This document shows positions 59,820 through 64,000 of a stretch of 64,000 nt of DNA, one piece after another. Each line of letters begins with the position of its first letter. Positions within the stretch are counted from its first letter, which is position 1. The DNA lies in contig CAWJKT010000014.1 of assembly GCA_963843375.1 (NCBI GenBank), positions 160,001 through 224,000 on the forward strand, written 5' to 3'. The DNA comes from an uncultured Pseudomonadota bacterium. Its GTDB lineage: Bacteria; Oederibacteriota; Muellerivitia; Muellerivitales; Muellerivitaceae. A program made the translations under genes and the position numbers. The notes beneath the pieces were generated by a model that worked only from the letters and a program-made list of their open reading frames with translations, did no database searches and was not told the DNA's origin.

Positions 59820-62063
59820 ATGTTTCGCGAAATGGGGAAAGGTGAAAAAGTGTTAAAAGTCGGGGAAAGATTAAAACTTACGGTTCTCTTCGGAGCCTTC
59901 ATGGTTGTTTTCATGATGGCTTATCCGGCAATGGCCGATCATGGACCCTTGACCACTACCCAAAGGGACAATTGGATTGATTCCTCCATCGCGCAACTTG
60001 TATCCGCCGATTTGGCCCCAAACCCCGGGAAGCCCATTTCCTCAATGACCAACCTGGAAGTCGCCCAATTAACCAAGGGGGCTGCTGAGCTTTGGATGGC
60101 CCAGGCAACCTTGCCGCCGGGACCGGGAGAAATGGTGGCCGCCACCCCGGAGGCGGCGACTAAAAGCCTTGAGGAATTGGTCGAGGAATTTAGAAAAGAG
60201 CTTTCCCTCATGGATGTGGACGTCACCAAGTTGGAAGACCGGATTTATGACCAGCAGCACCGAAACGAGAAATTCGCGGCCCTCCAGATGGAGTACCTGA
60301 AGCAAACGGGAACCAGTCTTTCCGGAACTTCCCGCGGTTATTTTGACACTTATCGCGGTATAGGAGTCAACGCCATTTACGGACCCATGGTTTATGACGA
60401 CATCATAATGGGGGACATCATCCTTAAAAGCGTTCCGGTCCCCTTCGTGCTTTTCGACGCCGATGTCCGTCTCACACGTACGGTAGGACTCTATTACGCC
60501 GATCCCATCCAACCGGAATTCTCCCTTCGCTGGCTTTCTTTGACCAACACCAACGAGATTTGCAATCTTACGGCGGGAGATATTTACCGGCACTACACCC
60601 CGCTTACTCTTTGGAATAACGAATTTCCAGTTTATACCTTAACGGAACCCACCTCTTATTACCGCGTTCGTAAGGACATTGAGGAGAATGTGTATATGGA
60701 TCACGGGCCCGATTGGCATCTGCAGGGTTTTGAGGCGGCCTCTGACCAGGAATTGGGTAACAGCCCCATCCTGAGTTCCTTCCATCTCCAAGCCATGGGA
60801 GGGGTAATGGATTCGGCTACCCCTTATGCTTTTGCCAATGATTATGCCGGAAGTGAAGGAGCCTTGGATTTTTTCAACGACAACCTTGAACTGAAGGCTA
60901 CGGGTCTGATGTTGTGGGACGATACAGGAAGCGCCGATGTTCCCTATATTCCAAACCTCGTTTCCACTTTTGCCAAGACATACCAAATCGGGAGCCTTTC
61001 TTCGACTGGCACCCTTCCTTTCCAAAAAAATATTGACGCAAAAGAATTCGTGGAGTGGGCGGGAAGTTCTTATCAGGATAATTCCATGGATGCCCAAAGC
61101 GTGGTTCAGGACTGGGCTCTCTTGGCCAAGGCTTCCCTCGACCTCGATACGGTTCACCTGAATGCCAAGTATTTGAACATCGGCCCTTATTTCTATTCTC
61201 CCGGCGCCCAAACCAACGGTTTTACCCCAGCTTTGGGGACCAACGATTATTTGACCAATAGCCTCATCGACGAGGGTTTGAACGGGGCCCTGGATAATAC
61301 TGTTTTTCAGGGCGTTGGACGCCCGGCTTTCGCTCCTTATGACCGGATGGCGGAAAATATGCTTCCCTATGGGGATGCCACCCCTGACCGTGAGGCGCTT
61401 ATCTTGGGCTTCTCGGCTGAAATCGGGAAAAACGGATGGCTCAAGCCCCAAGCAACTTACACGGCTTTTGCCCAGGAACTCCAACCCGATTATGTTTTAA
61501 CCTCTGCGGGCAACAGCGTGCTTCCGGTGGATTCGGGCGAACCTGTCACGAATATCCGGACATTCGGAGGATACGAAGGGGCGCTGACACTGGATTTGGC
61601 TAAGGCCTTGGACGGTACCCTTTCCACCTGGGACATTTCTGGTGATTACAAGAACCAGACCACCAATTTGGGGCTGGGGGCACCGTCCTTCACTGTCAAC
61701 ACCTTGATCGTGAGCGCCGACGCCGGGCCGTTCCCGGGAGTGCCCCTTTTTGAGGGACTGGTTTTATCGGGAGCTTACGAACAAGCCCAGGCATCAGGAA
61801 GTGAATATACTTTGAACGGCGTTGGAGAACCCCCGACATTGGCCAGCTATTCTTCTTATTTTGACACCGGATCTTTGGGTAATTATGTCTATCAGGCCCT
61901 AGATATTACCCGTACCTCCTGGGCATTTGGAATCAAATGCCCAGTCAGCAAAACCTTCGATATTCATGGGGATGTTTTTATCAATAAATATACCTGGAGC
62001 GACCAGCCGAATTTCGACCGGCGGGAATATATATATAGGATGACTTATGACCTTACGTTCTAA
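59820..62063 (+). CDS. OmpM-like outer-membrane protein 2: SLH-like domain, coiled coil, beta-barrel
   Basis: NWIDSSIAQLVSADL...MTNLEVAQL; LEELVEEFRKELSLMDVDVTKLEDRI; ends TYDLTF. Confidence 0.75.
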   Translation: MFREMGKGEKVLKVGERLKLTVLFGAFMVVFMMAYPAMADHGPLTTTQRDNWIDSSIAQLVSADLAPNPGKPISSMTNLEVAQLTKGAAELWMAQATLPPGPGEMVAATPEAATKSLEELVEEFRKELSLMDVDVTKLEDRIYDQQHRNEKFAALQMEYLKQTGTSLSGTSRGYFDTYRGIGVNAIYGPMVYDDIIMGDIILKSVPVPFVLFDADVRLTRTVGLYYADPIQPEFSLRWLSLTNTNEICNLTAGDIYRHYTPLTLWNNEFPVYTLTEPTSYYRVRKDIEENVYMDHGPDWHLQGFEAASDQELGNSPILSSFHLQAMGGVMDSATPYAFANDYAGSEGALDFFNDNLELKATGLMLWDDTGSADVPYIPNLVSTFAKTYQIGSLSSTGTLPFQKNIDAKEFVEWAGSSYQDNSMDAQSVVQDWALLAKASLDLDTVHLNAKYLNIGPYFYSPGAQTNGFTPALGTNDYLTNSLIDEGLNGALDNTVFQGVGRPAFAPYDRMAENMLPYGDATPDREALILGFSAEIGKNGWLKPQATYTAFAQELQPDYVLTSAGNSVLPVDSGEPVTNIRTFGGYEGALTLDLAKALDGTLSTWDISGDYKNQTTNLGLGAPSFTVNTLIVSADAGPFPGVPLFEGLVLSGAYEQAQASGSEYTLNGVGEPPTLASYSSYFDTGSLGNYVYQALDITRTSWAFGIKCPVSKTFDIHGDVFINKYTWSDQPNFDRREYIYRMTYDLTF

Positions 62064-64000
62064 AATCATCTTCCTCTTACTCGCCCTTTGGCTCTTTTTG
62101 CCGATAGTGGCAAGTGCGGCTTTGGGGGATGATTTTTTCACCGTGGTTCCACTTGGCGACCCGACTTATGCCGAGTTGAAAAAATTAGCCCAGGCGGGAT
62201 GGATTTCCAATAGCGACCTCGCCCCTTCCTTAACCCGTTTCGACGTCACCCAATTGATCCTGGAGGCTGAAAAAAAGCGGGATGAAATTGTAGTGGCCCA
62301 GGCCGATATGGATATCCCTCCCCCTCCGGACGCCAATTCGTCCGCTTCCAATTCTGACGTTATTGCCGCCCCAACCACGCAAACCCAAGCCACGGCTGCC
62401 GCCACTGAGGAAGCCACCCGGGCCCAGGCTATTCAAAGCCTAAATAGCCTGGAAGAGGCCTATCAATATGAATTGAAACTGGTCAAGGACAAGGTCCAGG
62501 CGCTGACGGACAAGGTCAATGATATCGACGCCCAACAATACGACCTTCGCAAAAGGCTCATGGGCATTTCCCAATTTCCGACGATCGCGGTCCATGGCCT
62601 GGGACGATTTTTAGGATTTGCCCAACAGTATTCGGGAAACTATTCAGGCGTGACTTTTATTGAACCCGGGTACCGCGAGTCGTTTGGCTTTTTGGATTTG
62701 CAGCCAGAGGGGACGGTTTCCAAAGAAGTGAGTTGGAACACCATTTTGAGAATAGGGAGTTCATTTGAGGCTGATGAAAGTCCAGAATTCGTTCTTCGGC
62801 GAGTCACGATGGATTTTAATCCCCCCTGGTTTTCCGCGAAGATAGGTGACTTTGATGAGTCTTATACACCTCTGACCTTGTGGAATCGGGATACCCTCGA
62901 CCTTGCCTATAAACCCGAGATGTGGGCCCGGTGGGATGACCTGACCAAATACGAGAGCTTTTTAAATAATGAGCCCAATTGGCCCCTGAGGGGTTTGAAG
63001 ATTGGTTCGAATGTAATGTGGCCTGATTCCCCTGTGCTTGATGAATTAAAAGGTTCGGTGTTCGTCCATATAATCCGCAATGGTTTCGACGACAATGGAG
63101 GTTGGTATCTGGGTCCTAATGAGTTTACCGATTTGGTTTTTGGAGGAACTGCCGAGTTGAAGTCGCAAAAATGGTATTTGGGAGGTATGTCGGCTCAAGC
63201 AACAGTCGATACCTATGGACTTCTCTATGATGAGCCCATGGAAACAGAACAACCTGGATCACCTTATGGAATGTTCACTCCTTCAACATGGGCCCATCAG
63301 TATCTCTTGGGAAGTGTGAAGCCTGATTTAAAGGTGGGTTTGGGCGGGGACCTCTACGTGGGTGCCAATATGGAATACGCAGGTTCCAGCTATCAAGATA
63401 ACACGCAAAACCCCAATACTGTTTTTACGGATTTTGCCCTGTTAGGGGGCCCTTACGTACAATTTGGTAAATCACGGGTTTCATTTAATTATCTTAATGT
63501 TGGCCCTTATTACTATTCTCCGTTAGCCCAGACACGTCAAGACGCCGTTACTTTTTTGCCAATTTCAAACTATCTTTCTTCTCCTGATCTATTTGAACCC
63601 GTTTTACGAAACCAATATTTCCTTTCATCGCTGCCTCGGGCAGGTGGCATATATGGTTTTTATGACCGTACCCAGGACAATACCTTTCCTTATGGCTTGG
63701 CGACCCCCAACCGGGAAGGGGTTGGCGCAGAATTTGATGTAAAAGCGCTCCAAAAAGACTCTTTGAAAATTAAGGGGTCGGTATACTTTGTTCAAGAGAT
63801 CAGTGGTAATCTTGTTTTGAATTCAGCAGGGACGGGTTTTATACCGGTGGACAGTCCTGCAAATTCCCTCGTGATTCCTATTCGGAATTTTACTTACGTT
63901 AATATGGGCCCCTCTTTCAACCTGGGTCCCTATATCGGTTTTGACCGAAACTTGGAAGTGGGGACTAATGTCCGGTATGAACAAACCACCAGCGACTTGG
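62047..64000 (+). CDS. OmpM-like outer-membrane protein 3 (3' end outside the window; absent from the ORF track)
   Basis: ATG 62047: MTLRSKIIFLLLALWLFLPIVASA, FTVVPLGDPTYAELKKLAQAGWI...LTRFDVTQLI, coiled coil; shares YTPLTLWN, YLNxGPYxYSPxAQT and YDRxxxNxxPYGxATPxRE with protein 2. Confidence 0.85.
   Translation, partial: MTLRSKIIFLLLALWLFLPIVASAALGDDFFTVVPLGDPTYAELKKLAQAGWISNSDLAPSLTRFDVTQLILEAEKKRDEIVVAQADMDIPPPPDANSSASNSDVIAAPTTQTQATAAATEEATRAQAIQSLNSLEEAYQYELKLVKDKVQALTDKVNDIDAQQYDLRKRLMGISQFPTIAVHGLGRFLGFAQQYSGNYSGVTFIEPGYRESFGFLDLQPEGTVSKEVSWNTILRIGSSFEADESPEFVLRRVTMDFNPPWFSAKIGDFDESYTPLTLWNRDTLDLAYKPEMWARWDDLTKYESFLNNEPNWPLRGLKIGSNVMWPDSPVLDELKGSVFVHIIRNGFDDNGGWYLGPNEFTDLVFGGTAELKSQKWYLGGMSAQATVDTYGLLYDEPMETEQPGSPYGMFTPSTWAHQYLLGSVKPDLKVGLGGDLYVGANMEYAGSSYQDNTQNPNTVFTDFALLGGPYVQFGKSRVSFNYLNVGPYYYSPLAQTRQDAVTFLPISNYLSSPDLFEPVLRNQYFLSSLPRAGGIYGFYDRTQDNTFPYGLATPNREGVGAEFDVKALQKDSLKIKGSVYFVQEISGNLVLNSAGTGFIPVDSPANSLVIPIRNFTYVNMGPSFNLGPYIGFDRNLEVGTNVRYEQTTSDL

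Overview
Chromosomal window from a diderm bacterium; the Thr-rich secreted proteins, T9SS-like sorting tail and SLH-porins suggest a poorly characterised soil/peat lineage, possibly FCPU426-like (inference only). About 1-16.7 kb is an accessory region. It holds the 3' part of an autotransporter, two RelE/ParE-like + RHH toxin-antitoxin-like cassettes with shared operator repeats, an RHS remnant, and a MerR-aquaglyceroporin-ArsC arsenic operon. It also holds a 1511-aa expansin-like surface protein and an ArsR-SRPBCC-SRPBCC-MFS operon, and it is punctuated by three degenerate att-like core+arm sites. About 20-44 kb is a dispersed xyloglucan/hemicellulose cluster (GH31 x2, GH43-malectin, GH29, GH2, GH44, XylF, a second sugar-binding protein, galE) with no SusC/D. 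44-56 kb holds a GGDEF protein, NHL and CBM-like lipoproteins, a response regulator and an HTTM pair. 56-64 kb is a CBM-like lipoprotein followed by three tandem SLH-like/coiled-coil/beta-barrel (OmpM-like) genes, the last running off the window. Several conserved genes carry single-base indels in short homopolymers, probably assembly errors. I found no rRNA, tRNA, CRISPR array or integrase.
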